Origin: Myxococcales bacterium
GTDB taxonomy: Bacteria > Myxococcota_A > UBA9042
Length of the DNA stretch: 64,000 bases
NCBI GenBank assembly: GCA_037441385.1
Contig: JBBISH010000001.1
Span: 113,546-177,545, forward strand
Direction: 5' to 3'
Below, piece after piece: positions 11,901 through 21,902 of this stretch (position 1 is the stretch's first letter; each line of letters opens with the position of its first letter). The translations under genes were made by a program, and so were the position numbers. The notes under the pieces were generated by a model that saw only the letters and a list, made by a program, of their open reading frames with translations, was not told the DNA's origin and ran no database searches.

Positions 11901-14417
11901 GCGACGCCCACGGACGACGGTGGGCTGTGGGCGGGCGGTATGACCTGGTCGGGCACCCCGGCGGGCACCAACATCGGCGCCGGCAGCTACTGGATCGGCC
12001 ACTTGTCGGCCGCAGCCAAGCCCACCGGCAAAGTCCTGATGACGACTATGTTTGGCAGCATCCCCGACCGCAACTGGCTGACGCTGAGCGCCACCGGCGA
12101 CGGCGGGGTGTTGGTGGCCGGCACCGTGGCGACCCCCAACGGGTCGGGCGGCAACCTCCCGCAAAAGCCGTTCATTTCCAAGGTAACCGCCGCCGGCGTC
12201 CAGTGGACCAAGCTCTACGGCGTCACCGCCGAGATCGAATTCTGCACGGCCGCCAGCCTAAGTGACGGCGGCACCTCGTGGCTGGCCGGCTCGCGAACCG
12301 TGGGCGGAATCGCCAAGTTGATGATCATCCAAGTGGCGCCGACCTGGCAGACGGTTTGGACCAAGCTCTACGATGTGGGCAGCACTTCTGCAGAGGTTTC
12401 GCGGGTCCAGGCGCGGCCCGGCGGCGGTTTGGTGGTGTTCGGTTGGCGCAACGACCCCGGCGGAGCGATGCCCTTTGCGGTCGCGGTGGACGCGTCCGGC
12501 ACCTTGGTCTGGGTCAACAGCTACCCCACCAGCGACTCCACCTGGACCGGCCGCACCTTCCAGGGCGCTGCCGCTACCTCCGACGGCGCCTGGTTGGTCG
12601 TCGGCGACGAGCGCTCGGGCACGAACCGCCGCGGCTGGTGGGGCGAGATCACCAGCAAGGGCGAGTTGGTGTGGAACGAAAGCTCGGGCAACCCCGGACG
12701 CTGGATGGACATTCAATCGGACGGCCTGGACCACTTCGCCGTGGCGGGCAGCTACCAGCCGGTGGGTGCAACGGCGCCAGTCGCGTGGCTGCAGGGGCTG
12801 GACCGGCGCGGCAACGGCCAATGGGCGGCCCAGCAGGCCAGCGCCGACATCTGGCCCGGGGTGGCCACGGCCAAGCTGGGCGGCTGGTGGCCCGTGGGCG
12901 GCCAAGATGCGCCCGGAGCCGCGGGTTGGATCGGCCTGAGCCAACGGGTGGATCCGTGGGGCCACGCCAGCTGCAACGAAGCCGGGGTCTGCGCCACTGC
13001 CCAGGCCAGCGACTGCGACGACGGCAACACCTGCACGGTGGATAGCTGTGACGCCAGCAAGGGTTGCAAGGTCACCGCGGTCGAGAAGCTGCGCTGCCAG
13101 CCCACCGACAGTTGTTCGGGCATGGGCAGCTGCACCCAAGGCAAGTGTCCGCAGACCGATCAAGGGCGCCTCTACAGCGCGGCCATTCACGGCGGCGGCA
13201 CCACCTTCTACGCCGCAGCCACCCAGGCGAACGGCAGCACGCTGGTGGGCGGCACCACCGCCGGCCCCAAAGCCGTGTTGGTGCGTCTGGACGACGCGGG
13301 GCACGAGGTCTGGAGCGACGTGCTCATGTTGGGGCCAGCGGGGAGCTTGGACTACGCCTATGTCCACAGCATCGTGCCCACTCCCGACGGTGGCTTCTTC
13401 GTCGGCGCCTCGGGCCGCTTGGGCAGCATGAACTATGACGGCAACGTGGGTGGCCCAGAGCGCTACCGCCGACTGCGCAAGTACTCGGCCAGCAACGTGA
13501 TCACCTTTGACGAATGGTCGGGCGACGACTACCCCAACAACGCGAACAACCAGAAAGAGGGCGACGACGTGGTGGATGAGGGCGACGGCACCTACATCTG
13601 GCTCAGCCGCGAAGGCGACAAGCCCAACGCGACCAAGCTGAACCAAGTTGGAACGTACCTGTACTCGGTTGCGCCCTACATCCCGCCCTACGATGGCACC
13701 GGGATCACCAACTACGCCTGGGATCTGCGGGGCGCTGCCGCGCCCAATGCCCAGACCTGGGTGGGCGGCTTCCGCCGCTCGGCCGACACGCGCTACGGCT
13801 GGCTGTCCAAGTTGAGTTCGAACGGCACGATCTTGTTCCAAAAGGATTCCGTGCAGATCATGACTGGCTGGACGGGCGCCTACATCCGCGACATGGAACC
13901 AGCACCCAATGGCGGCGTGTACGTGCTGTTCCGCATGGTCAATCCCGCGGGAGCGATGACACCGCGCCTGGCCAGGTACGACGCCAACGGCAATGGCAAC
14001 TGGCAGATCGACCTGGGCGACGACGCCTACTACAACGCGTGGGCGCTGGTTGGGCGATCCGATGGCGACGTGTGGGTGGTCTCGGAGGCCCAGAAGAACG
14101 GCTACAGCATCCCGTGCATCGACGTGCGCAACCCCAGCGCGCTGCGCCGCTATCGCTTCTTCCTGCCCGGAAGTGGCTCGCTCTTCGCGGCCACGACAGC
14201 GGGTTGGGGCGACATCGTGGGCGCCGGCCGCATCGCCGACTTCAGCAATGGCCTGGTGATCCGCGCCACCGCCTGGGGCCAGACGGGCTGCGCCGCTGCG
14301 GGAGCCTGCGCAAGCAAAGCGCCGGTCACGTGCGACGACGGCATCGCGTGCACCATCGACCTGTGCGCCCCCAGCACGGGCGCGTGCAGCCACACCAACC
14401 TGCCGTCCTGCCTCTAG
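8946..14417 (+). CDS. Very large Cys-rich repeat lipoprotein with two probable beta-propeller regions
   Basis: Lipobox FGGC; many C-D-D-G-x-x-C-T-x-x-D-x-C repeats; Trp/Gly-rich propeller-like segments; start uncertain. Confidence 0.85.
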   Translation: MLGHGGWVARPFGTGGAKIPARGGRLALAWMLSWTLAWTGLVFGGCGSDPTPTSADLAAQASDITSTDTPAPADTSAADVALADAASVECLSAADCAAPANPCLVAQCSAGKCTEAPAVTGVCEDGDPCTVADHCSSGQCVPGLDVCACHSDAECPDDGNACNGKPICDTAILPHVCRVPLETVPNCSSDADSECSKNACNSETGACGMAAVEHTLLMCSASGCVRVMTTALMAAGVCDDGNPCTAGDVCKGGQCKAGLDVCNCSSDADCPDDGNLCNGVAYCDKAKLPWSCHLKPFSKVVCSTGGDSACLRNVCDPTKGECSLQPSENLTWTCADGNCAWAVLPPGSPTSSVACSDGNACTSGDFCASGACKAGQESCSCSSDADCAAQEDGDVCNGTLFCNKATGACQLNPATVIQCPTADDTACQKNVCYPKTGVCQPASVEKTTQVCDGNVCTWHLLPPGSPSPGSVWCDDGNPCTQGEACIAGQCAGGTNTCACKSDADCKGLDDGDLCNGVMYCDKAKLTCVLNPASVKPCPTVGDTACQKNACQPLTGLCSATPVGKVKQACVALPDSSTVCVIEVKADAETQGIVCDDGDPCTAGEVCEAGACTGGKKTCTCKTDSDCAGLEDGDACNGTLYCNKQTGDCAWNPATVVSCPSAADTVCLKNACDPSSGQCVAKAVELTKKVCDVQSGCRLEVSLAGSPTSTCEDGDPCTKGDVCGAGQCQSGVFVCECASSADCAKKDDGNLCNGVAFCDKSVAGSPTCAANPASVVVCPATGELCVGNTCDPATGKCGKVAANEKKSCDDGTLCTTADQCTGGQCLGTAIDCNDASACTNDSCSPQTGCVHVGSNCDDGNGCTADLCDAKSGLCVHDATSLTAKACSDGDPCTLSDSCQAGTCTSGAPVICPATSKPCTVPVCVAQPGATYQCVTALAKDGAACGDGKACTLDATCQAGTCKPGTVERLGFAQLDDPTLANLRWTTATPTDDGGLWAGGMTWSGTPAGTNIGAGSYWIGHLSAAAKPTGKVLMTTMFGSIPDRNWLTLSATGDGGVLVAGTVATPNGSGGNLPQKPFISKVTAAGVQWTKLYGVTAEIEFCTAASLSDGGTSWLAGSRTVGGIAKLMIIQVAPTWQTVWTKLYDVGSTSAEVSRVQARPGGGLVVFGWRNDPGGAMPFAVAVDASGTLVWVNSYPTSDSTWTGRTFQGAAATSDGAWLVVGDERSGTNRRGWWGEITSKGELVWNESSGNPGRWMDIQSDGLDHFAVAGSYQPVGATAPVAWLQGLDRRGNGQWAAQQASADIWPGVATAKLGGWWPVGGQDAPGAAGWIGLSQRVDPWGHASCNEAGVCATAQASDCDDGNTCTVDSCDASKGCKVTAVEKLRCQPTDSCSGMGSCTQGKCPQTDQGRLYSAAIHGGGTTFYAAATQANGSTLVGGTTAGPKAVLVRLDDAGHEVWSDVLMLGPAGSLDYAYVHSIVPTPDGGFFVGASGRLGSMNYDGNVGGPERYRRLRKYSASNVITFDEWSGDDYPNNANNQKEGDDVVDEGDGTYIWLSREGDKPNATKLNQVGTYLYSVAPYIPPYDGTGITNYAWDLRGAAAPNAQTWVGGFRRSADTRYGWLSKLSSNGTILFQKDSVQIMTGWTGAYIRDMEPAPNGGVYVLFRMVNPAGAMTPRLARYDANGNGNWQIDLGDDAYYNAWALVGRSDGDVWVVSEAQKNGYSIPCIDVRNPSALRRYRFFLPGSGSLFAATTAGWGDIVGAGRIADFSNGLVIRATAWGQTGCAAAGACASKAPVTCDDGIACTIDLCAPSTGACSHTNLPSCL

Positions 14418-15130
14418 ATCTGGTCCAGGCCGTCCAGGCGCGCCACGAGCCACGGTTGCAGCGCCGACAGCACCGCCATCGGGATCTCGTGCTGGCCGTT
14501 GAATTCCATCAGCTCACCCTGCCAGCTCGCCTGTTGCAGCAGCGTGTGCAGAGCCCGCGCTCCCGCCACCGGCAGCAGCGGATCGTGGCGACCATGGCTC
14601 TGGAAATAGGGGAACTGAGGCTTGGAAGCGGCCAACCGCGCCCAACCGTCGCGATCGATCAGCGTGCCCGACAGGATCACCAGACCGCACGGCGCCACCG
14701 GCGAGTGCAGCGTCCAATCCGTCGCCACCATCGCGCCCTGCGAAAAACCGCCGATCACCACCCGCGCCGGATCGGCGCCGAATTCGCGCAGCATGGCTGC
14801 GACCTGCTGGCGACTGCTCTCTAGCGCTGGCGGGCGGCTGCCACTCAAGTCCGCGCCGCGCCCCGAGATCATCGCCAATTCTAGCGCCACCATGTCGATT
14901 GGGAACCAGGCGCGCCCGGTCATGTGCGGTCCGATCGGCACCTCGAGCGGCGCGTTGGGCACCAACCACGTGGGCCGCTGTGGGAGCGGCAGAGCCTGCG
15001 CCAAGGGCGCCAAATCCCAAGCATCCGCGCCGTAGCCATGCAGCAGCACCAACACAGGCGCGCCAGGGTCGCCGGGCACGACCAGGGTTTCTAGCCCTCC
15101 AAGTTGGCGAATTTGGGGCGAGTGTGACAT
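14414..15130 (-). CDS. Phospholipase/carboxylesterase (alpha/beta hydrolase)
   Basis: LLHGYG, GRAWF, GFSQG nucleophile elbow, HGRHDP, GQHEI. Confidence 0.92.
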   Translation of the reverse strand: MSHSPQIRQLGGLETLVVPGDPGAPVLVLLHGYGADAWDLAPLAQALPLPQRPTWLVPNAPLEVPIGPHMTGRAWFPIDMVALELAMISGRGADLSGSRPPALESSRQQVAAMLREFGADPARVVIGGFSQGAMVATDWTLHSPVAPCGLVILSGTLIDRDGWARLAASKPQFPYFQSHGRHDPLLPVAGARALHTLLQQASWQGELMEFNGQHEIPMAVLSALQPWLVARLDGLDQI

Positions 15131-15325
15131 GTACGCTCCAGGCGACGGGCCAGAAGGGGGCCCCACCGGCGGCGAATTGGGCACCGCCAGCGCAGCCGCG
15201 TCAATGGCGACCTGTGGCAGGCCCCGCCCCACCGACGCGAAATCGTGCTATCTTGTCGCGCCCGCGACCGGCACGGCCCGCGCGGGTCCCCCGGAAATGG
15301 AATGTGTCAAACGCCAGGAAACGGA

Positions 15326-17422
15326 ATGACTAAGCGCTTTTACGTCACAACCCCGATCTACTACGTCAACGACAGGCCGCACATCGGCCACGCGTACTGC
15401 ACCGTGTTGGCCGACGCGGCGGCGCGCTGGCACCGGCTGCTGGGCTACCAGAGCTACTTCCTGACCGGCACGGACGAGCACGGTCAAAAAGTTCAAGAAG
15501 CCGCACAGAAACGCGGCATTTCGCCACAAGCGCATTGCGACGAGATGCATTTGGCCTTCAAGTCGTTGTGGCCACAGCTCAAATGTGAGCCCAATCAGTT
15601 CATCCGCACCACTGAACCGCGCCACAAAGCGGTGGTCCAGGCGGCGCTGCAGAAATTGTTCGACGCCGGGCTCATCGTTTCGCGCGAGTTCGAGGGCTGG
15701 TACTGCACCCCCGAAGAGCGCTTTTGGACCGAGAAAGAGCTGGCGGGCGACGCCTGCCCCAGCTGTGGCCGGCCGGTCACGCGCTTGGCCGAGAAGAACT
15801 ACTTCTTCTTGATGAGCCGCTACCAGGATCGCCTTCGCGATGCACTTAACTCTGGACGAATCAAGGTTTATCCGGCCAATCGCGCCAACGAGGTTCTTGG
15901 TTTCTTGGACAAGCCTTTGCAGGACCTGTGCATTTCGCGTCCCAAGTCGCGGCTGGCGTGGGGCATCGAGCTGCCGTTCGATCGCGATTTTGTCACCTAT
16001 GTATGGTTCGATGCGTTGCTCAACTACGCTTCTGGCATCGGCTTTCTGGGTGCCGCGCCGCCGGCGGATGCGCAGTTCCCGGATCCCGCGATGGGCGCCG
16101 AACAGAACTTTGGCCAGTGGTGGCCCAACGTGGCGCACTTCTTGGGCAAGGACATCCTGACCACCCACGCCGTCTACTGGCCGACGATGCTGATGGGCTT
16201 GGAAGAGGCGCTGGGTCTGCCGCAGAACTCGTTGGTTCCAGGTCGCTTTGTCGTGACCGGTTGGTGGCTGATCGACAACGCCAAGATGTCGAAATCGGTG
16301 GGCAATGTGGTCAGCCCGTTGGGCATGAAAGACAAGTACGGGCCCGAGGTGCTGCGCTATTTCTTGCTGCGTGAAATGGCGGTGGGACAAGACGCCAATT
16401 TCTCGGAAGAGGCGGTGCTGCGGCGCAACAACGCCGACCTGGCGAACGATCTGGGCAACTTGCTGCAACGTGTCTCGGCGCTGGCGGGCAAGAACTGGGC
16501 GGGCAAAGTGCCCGCGCCGTGTGATCTGCAGAGTCCCAGCGCCGAGCTGGCGATGGGCCTGGCAAATCGCCTGCTGGGCCGCAACCTGAACCTGGCCGCG
16601 TTGAGCGAGGCCAACCGTAACAGCGTGGCGCAGGTCGATCCGATCGCCGAGTCGGTGGCGCAGTTCAAGCTGCACAAGGCGCTGGCCGACACGATGATGC
16701 TGGTCGGGGCGCTGAACAGCATGATTTCGCTGGACAAACCCTTCTCACTGGTCAAGACTGACCCAGCGCTGTCGGGCGGCATCGTCTACGCGGTGCTGGA
16801 GGGCCTGCGCATCGTGGCGCACTTGGTCGAGCCGGCCATGCCCGACACGGCGCGCGAAATCCTCAAGCGAATCGGCTGGACAGGCGGCCTGCTCACCTTG
16901 GACGAGCTGCGTTGGGGTCAGCTGCCGGCGGGGGCCGACTTGGTCGAGGGCCCGTCGCTGTTCCCCAAGCGCGAGCTGGAAGTCGCGGCGCCCGAGCCCA
17001 AGGCCGAGGCAAAGCCGCAAGCGCCGGACCAGGGCCAGCCAGTAGTTCATGTGCCGGCAGCGACAGCGGAATTCAAGGTGGCCGACATCAAACCCGAAGT
17101 GACCATCGATCAGTTTGGGGCGGCAGACTTGCGCATCGGGCGCGTGCAGATGTGTGAAAAAGTGCCCAAGTCGACCAAGCTGCTGCGCCTAGAGGTCGAC
17201 ATCGGCGAGGCCACGCCGCGGCAGATCCTGTCGGGCATTGCGGAGTCATTTGCGCCCGAAGACCTGCTGGGCAAAGAGATTTTGCTCATCGCCAACCTGC
17301 CGCCGCGCAAGATGATGGGCCTAGAGAGCCACGGCATGGTCCTGGTCGCGGACGACGGCCAAGGCAAACGCGTGCTCATGCGCCCCGAGCGCGACGTCCC
17401 CACGGGCGCCACAGTGCAGTAG
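15326..17422 (+). CDS. metG: Methionine--tRNA ligase with C-terminal tRNA-binding domain
   Basis: YVTTPIYYVN, HIGH, GTDEHG, KMSKS, C-terminal NLPPRKMMGLESHGM. Confidence 0.97.
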   Translation: MTKRFYVTTPIYYVNDRPHIGHAYCTVLADAAARWHRLLGYQSYFLTGTDEHGQKVQEAAQKRGISPQAHCDEMHLAFKSLWPQLKCEPNQFIRTTEPRHKAVVQAALQKLFDAGLIVSREFEGWYCTPEERFWTEKELAGDACPSCGRPVTRLAEKNYFFLMSRYQDRLRDALNSGRIKVYPANRANEVLGFLDKPLQDLCISRPKSRLAWGIELPFDRDFVTYVWFDALLNYASGIGFLGAAPPADAQFPDPAMGAEQNFGQWWPNVAHFLGKDILTTHAVYWPTMLMGLEEALGLPQNSLVPGRFVVTGWWLIDNAKMSKSVGNVVSPLGMKDKYGPEVLRYFLLREMAVGQDANFSEEAVLRRNNADLANDLGNLLQRVSALAGKNWAGKVPAPCDLQSPSAELAMGLANRLLGRNLNLAALSEANRNSVAQVDPIAESVAQFKLHKALADTMMLVGALNSMISLDKPFSLVKTDPALSGGIVYAVLEGLRIVAHLVEPAMPDTAREILKRIGWTGGLLTLDELRWGQLPAGADLVEGPSLFPKRELEVAAPEPKAEAKPQAPDQGQPVVHVPAATAEFKVADIKPEVTIDQFGAADLRIGRVQMCEKVPKSTKLLRLEVDIGEATPRQILSGIAESFAPEDLLGKEILLIANLPPRKMMGLESHGMVLVADDGQGKRVLMRPERDVPTGATVQ

Positions 17423-17451
17423 CGGCAACCTGCACGGCTATGGAGGAATTC

Positions 17452-17985
17452 ATGAGCAGTCCCATCCGCATCGGCGTCGTCACCGTCAGCGACCGCGCCA
17501 GCCAAGGCATCTACACGGACCTGAGCGGCCCGGCCATCGCCGAGTGGCTGCGATGGGCCCTGACGTGTGAGTACGAACTCATCCAGCGCCTGGTGCCCGA
17601 CGAGCAGGACCGCATCGAGGCGACCCTGACCGAACTGACGGACCTGGAAGGTTGCTGCTTGGTGGTGACCACGGGCGGCACCGGGCCCGCGCCCCGCGAT
17701 GTCACGCCCGAGGCGACGCTGGCGGTGATCGACCGGGAATTGCCCGGCTTTGGCGAGCTGATGCGGGCGGCTTCGCTGAAATTCGTGCCCACCGCGATCT
17801 TGTCGCGCCAGCTGGCGGGCACCCGTGGTTCGTCGCTGATCGTCAACCTGCCCGGCAAACCCAAGGCCATCGCCGAGTGCCTGCAGGCCGTGATGCCGGC
17901 CATCCCGTATTGCGTCGACCTCATTGGCGGGCCGTTCTTGATCACCGACCCCGAGCGAGTGGCTGCCTTTCGGCCGAAATCGTAG
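17452..17985 (+). CDS. mog: Molybdopterin adenylyltransferase
   Basis: VSDRAS, TTGGTGPAPRDVTPEAT, NLPGKPKAI; GGAGG RBS. Confidence 0.95.
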   Translation: MSSPIRIGVVTVSDRASQGIYTDLSGPAIAEWLRWALTCEYELIQRLVPDEQDRIEATLTELTDLEGCCLVVTTGGTGPAPRDVTPEATLAVIDRELPGFGELMRAASLKFVPTAILSRQLAGTRGSSLIVNLPGKPKAIAECLQAVMPAIPYCVDLIGGPFLITDPERVAAFRPKS

Positions 17986-18015
17986 TTCAATCTTGTCTCT
18001 TCAAGGAGTTATGCG

Positions 18016-18885
18016 ATGACGCCAGCGCGCTTTCCCGTGCACTACGTCACAGTCATCGGCGCCGGCACCATGGGCCACGGCATCGCCCACGTGACGGCGG
18101 CGGCGGGTCTGAGCGTCGTCTTGTGCGACATCTCGGCCGCGGCGGTAGAGGCCGGACTGGGCAAGATTCGCGACAACCTGGACCGCGCGGTGGCGCGCGG
18201 CAAGCTGACCGAGGCCGAACGCGACGCCACGCTTGCGCATCTGCAGGGCAGCGATGACCTGCAAGCCGCTGTCGCACAAGCTGACCTGGTGATCGAGGCC
18301 GTGCCCGAGGTCCTGGACCTGAAGCTCAAGGTGCTGGACACCGTGGCCGCGGCCGCGCCCGAGCGGGCGGTGGTGGCCACCAATACCAGTTCGATTCCGC
18401 TGGCGCGCCTGAGTCAGGCACTGCGCTGCCCCAACCAGTTCATCGGCCTGCACTTCTTCAATCCGGTGCACCTGCAGCCCCTGCTCGAGATCGTGCGCTC
18501 GGACGGGACCGACGACGAAACCCTGGACCTCGCCCTGGATTTTGCCCAGCACATCGGCAAGGAGCCGATCGTCGTGCGCGACGTGGCCGGCTTCGCTTCC
18601 AGCCGCCTGGGCATCACCCTGGGTCTAGAGGCGATTCGGATGGTGCAAGAGGGTGTAGCCACCCCAGCCGACATCGACAAAGCCATGGAGCTGGGGTATC
18701 GCCACCCCATGGGGCCCCTGAAGCTGACCGACTTGGTGGGCCTGGATGTGCGCCTGGCGATTGCCGAAACGCTGTCGCGCGAGATCGACCCGGTGCGGTT
18801 TGCGCCGCCGCAGCTGCTGCGCGACATGGTGGCGCAGGGCAAGCTGGGCAAGAAGTCGGGCCACGGATTCTACGACTACGAATAG
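18016..18885 (+). CDS. 3-hydroxyacyl-CoA (3-hydroxybutyryl-CoA) dehydrogenase
   Basis: GAGTMGHG Rossmann motif, ATNTSS, GLHFFNP, HPMGP. Confidence 0.92.
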   Translation: MTPARFPVHYVTVIGAGTMGHGIAHVTAAAGLSVVLCDISAAAVEAGLGKIRDNLDRAVARGKLTEAERDATLAHLQGSDDLQAAVAQADLVIEAVPEVLDLKLKVLDTVAAAAPERAVVATNTSSIPLARLSQALRCPNQFIGLHFFNPVHLQPLLEIVRSDGTDDETLDLALDFAQHIGKEPIVVRDVAGFASSRLGITLGLEAIRMVQEGVATPADIDKAMELGYRHPMGPLKLTDLVGLDVRLAIAETLSREIDPVRFAPPQLLRDMVAQGKLGKKSGHGFYDYE

Positions 18886-18906
18886 CCGACGGGCGCAGGG
18901 GGTACC

Positions 18907-19641
18907 ATGTCCGAATCCGCAACCGCCGCGGCCGAGCGCGCCTACGTGCAAAAGGCCACCGCCAAAGACGGCGAGGCCTTTCAGGATTTCTTGCGGCACA
19001 AGGGCTTTGTTGACCCGTCTTTTGTCCAAACCTGGGGCGCCGTCACCGAAGTGCTGAATCAGAAGCCGTTTGGTCCGCGCATCCTGGACTTGGGCTGCGG
19101 ACCCGGGTGGACGTCGCTGTTCTTGGCCGCGCGCGGCTTGGACGTCACGGCCGCGGACCTTTCGCCCGACATGCTGGCGATCGCGGTCGACAACGCCAAG
19201 CGCCACGGGGTGATGCTGCGCACGGCCGAGGCCGATATGCAGGCCGGCTTTGATCTGGGCCACGACTTTGACGGCGTGCTGATCTTTGACGCGCTGCATC
19301 ACTGCCAAGACGAAGCAGCCGTCTTGCGGCACTGTTTTCAGGCCTTGCGCCCAGGCGGCAGCATCCTGCTGGTTGAGCCAGACTGGTTCCACGAGTTTGG
19401 CGGCTCGGCGCGCCACGATCGCCGCGAATTCGGGACCACCGAGCGCGGCATGGGCTGGGGGCGCATGTCGCGGGCGTTGCGGGCCGCCGGCTTCGACGAC
19501 CTGCAACGGTTCTACAGCCTGCAAGGCACCTTTGCGCGCTCGCCGTGGCAGCGTCTGCGTTCGCTAGCGGTGGCGGCTCTGACGGTGACCGTCGGCTTCC
19601 CGCATCGCAGCGTCATCGGCTACGCCCGCAAGCCGGGCTGA
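18907..19641 (+). CDS. Class I SAM-dependent methyltransferase
   Basis: ILDLGCGPG, ALHH, LRPGG. Confidence 0.9.
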   Translation: MSESATAAAERAYVQKATAKDGEAFQDFLRHKGFVDPSFVQTWGAVTEVLNQKPFGPRILDLGCGPGWTSLFLAARGLDVTAADLSPDMLAIAVDNAKRHGVMLRTAEADMQAGFDLGHDFDGVLIFDALHHCQDEAAVLRHCFQALRPGGSILLVEPDWFHEFGGSARHDRREFGTTERGMGWGRMSRALRAAGFDDLQRFYSLQGTFARSPWQRLRSLAVAALTVTVGFPHRSVIGYARKPG

Positions 19642-19709
19642 TCGCGTCGGCCAACCTCGACGAACTCCGCGACAACTCGTAGCATGGCCGGTGGAGGCTC
19701 CGCATCCAC

Positions 19710-21713
19710 ATGGTCGAGCACACTCCCATGGCCGCCGCAGACCAATCCCGTCATCGGGGTGGACTTCGGTTGTGGTGGGTTGCCGTTGCACTGCTTGCCT
19801 CTGGCGCCACCCTGCCCGCTTGCCGCGACGAAGCGCCGGCCGCAACCCTGACCGTGGGCGATCCGGCCGGCAACGGCGCAGATGGCCAGCTCGCCGCCGA
19901 TGCGATAGAGCGCACCGACAGGCAGGGCAGCGACAACGGCGCTGCGCCCGAAGACACGAGCCCGGACACCGCACAGCCGGGAACGGATGCCGAGCCAGCG
20001 GCCGACGCCGCGGAATGGGACGATGGGCCCGCAGATGGGCCCGCAGAGGACGGGCAGACCCAAGATGGCGTGCCCGCCGACGGTTCGCCAGACGACGGCG
20101 GGCCAGACGACACGACCGCCGAGGTAGTCCAGACGGACGCAGGGCAAGTGGACACCCAACCCTTTGACACCGCGCCCGATACCGCCGACGTGCCGCCCAG
20201 CGGCTGCAAAACCGACGCGGACTGCAACGACAACAACGTCTGCACCGCCGATACCTGCCTGGTCAGCGGCAGTTGCACGTGGCTGGCCACGCCCGGCCCC
20301 TGCAGCGATGGCAACGCCTGCACGCTGGGCGAAAAATGCCAGGCTGGCAAGTGCAGCGGCGGCGTGGCCCAAGACGACCAGACCGCGTGCGGCGACGGCA
20401 ACGTCTGCACAGTAGAAACCTGCGACGCGGCAAGCGGTTGCGTGAGTGTCGCGGCGGCGGGTCCGTGCAGCGACGGCAACGGTTGCACCGCGGGCGACAC
20501 CTGCGCCAACGGTGCGTGCGTGGCTGGACCGCTCACCGTCTGCGACGACGCCAACCCTTGCACATCCGACAGTTGTGACCCCTCTAGCGGCGGCTGCGTC
20601 AGTCAGGTCCAAGTCGCGACCTGCAGTGACGGCAACCCGTGCACCATCGGCGATGTGTGCCAGGGCGTGGCCTGCCTGCCCGGACCAGCCAAATCGTGCG
20701 ACGACGGCAACCTCTGCACCGGCGACGCGTGCAATCCGCAAACTGGCGCCTGCGCCAACAGCCCAACCTCTGGGGTATGCGACGACGGCGATGCTTGCAC
20801 TACCGGCGACGTCTGCGCCAGCGGCAACTGCAAAGGCGGGACGGTCAAGTTGTGCGACGACGGCAACCCCTGCACCGCCGACAGCTGCAAAGGCGGCGTG
20901 TGTCTGGCCACCGTGCTCGCCGACGGCAGTACCTGTGGTGCGCAAATGGTATGCAAAGCGGGCAGTTGCTCGGCACCGGTAGCCACGGCCGCCGCCAGTT
21001 GCCAGGCGCTCAAGGGCGTAGGCAGTGGCGTCCAGACCCTCGACGTCGACGGCGCGGGCCCAGTGGCGCCCGTCCAGACCTACTGCGAGATGAGCCTATC
21101 GGGCGGCGGTTGGACATTGTTGGCGGTCGTCAGCGACGACAGCGTGTCCACATTCACCATGAATACCAAGGATTTGTGGGGCAACAGCTCAGCTCAGGTG
21201 GGATCGGTGGCCGCGCTGAACAAGGACTTCCGCTCGCCCCTGTTGGCCACGCTGCCGGCCAAAGAGGTGCTTTTCCAACACTCTTCGGGTGTTTGGGCGC
21301 AGTACACGTTCGGCGACGGCAAGTCCAGCCTGGGCGCCGCTGTCGTCAAGGCCGGCGGCCCGGTTTGCTATGGCATGGGCAAAGGCCTGGCGATGACCGC
21401 CGGCACGCTGCCCAAAGTGGGCAAACTCTGCGAAACCATGTTGTATCTCAACCCAGCCGACCACGACGGCTACCAAGTCTGCTCCATGGACGACACGCCC
21501 GAGCACACCTGGGGCCCCGCGTGGAACGTCAACCGCGAGGCCGGCTGCTTCGACGATCCGGGCTGGGCAGGCAGCCTGGGCCCCGTCGCGAGCGAACCCA
21601 CCGTCGAAGGCGGCACGGTGCAAGGCCACCCTGTCGGTTTTGGCTGGGCCATCGGCGTCAACACCGGCGTGGCCGGCAGTGCGGCCAACTGGATGCGCCT
21701 GTACGCGCGCTAG
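19710..21713 (+). CDS. Lipoprotein with acidic linker, Cys-rich repeats and C-terminal fibrinogen-like domain
   Basis: Lipobox LPAC; DDGNPCT repeats; YCEMSLSGGGWTL fibrinogen-related motif. Confidence 0.85.
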   Translation: MVEHTPMAAADQSRHRGGLRLWWVAVALLASGATLPACRDEAPAATLTVGDPAGNGADGQLAADAIERTDRQGSDNGAAPEDTSPDTAQPGTDAEPAADAAEWDDGPADGPAEDGQTQDGVPADGSPDDGGPDDTTAEVVQTDAGQVDTQPFDTAPDTADVPPSGCKTDADCNDNNVCTADTCLVSGSCTWLATPGPCSDGNACTLGEKCQAGKCSGGVAQDDQTACGDGNVCTVETCDAASGCVSVAAAGPCSDGNGCTAGDTCANGACVAGPLTVCDDANPCTSDSCDPSSGGCVSQVQVATCSDGNPCTIGDVCQGVACLPGPAKSCDDGNLCTGDACNPQTGACANSPTSGVCDDGDACTTGDVCASGNCKGGTVKLCDDGNPCTADSCKGGVCLATVLADGSTCGAQMVCKAGSCSAPVATAAASCQALKGVGSGVQTLDVDGAGPVAPVQTYCEMSLSGGGWTLLAVVSDDSVSTFTMNTKDLWGNSSAQVGSVAALNKDFRSPLLATLPAKEVLFQHSSGVWAQYTFGDGKSSLGAAVVKAGGPVCYGMGKGLAMTAGTLPKVGKLCETMLYLNPADHDGYQVCSMDDTPEHTWGPAWNVNREAGCFDDPGWAGSLGPVASEPTVEGGTVQGHPVGFGWAIGVNTGVAGSAANWMRLYAR

Positions 21714-21902
21714 CGCAGTTTTCCCTGCTATCCACCAGGGTTGGCGCGCAGTGATGTGCCGTCACCGCCAGCGATCGGCGCGATAGTCCGGTCTGGGGTA
21801 TTCAGACCCCAATCGTGGGCCAATTCGGGCTGCCTTCATGGCCGTTGCTGGGTTCGGGTGGTATGTTGCGCGTGCTGGGGTTGACCCGGAAAGCGGGCGG
21901 CG

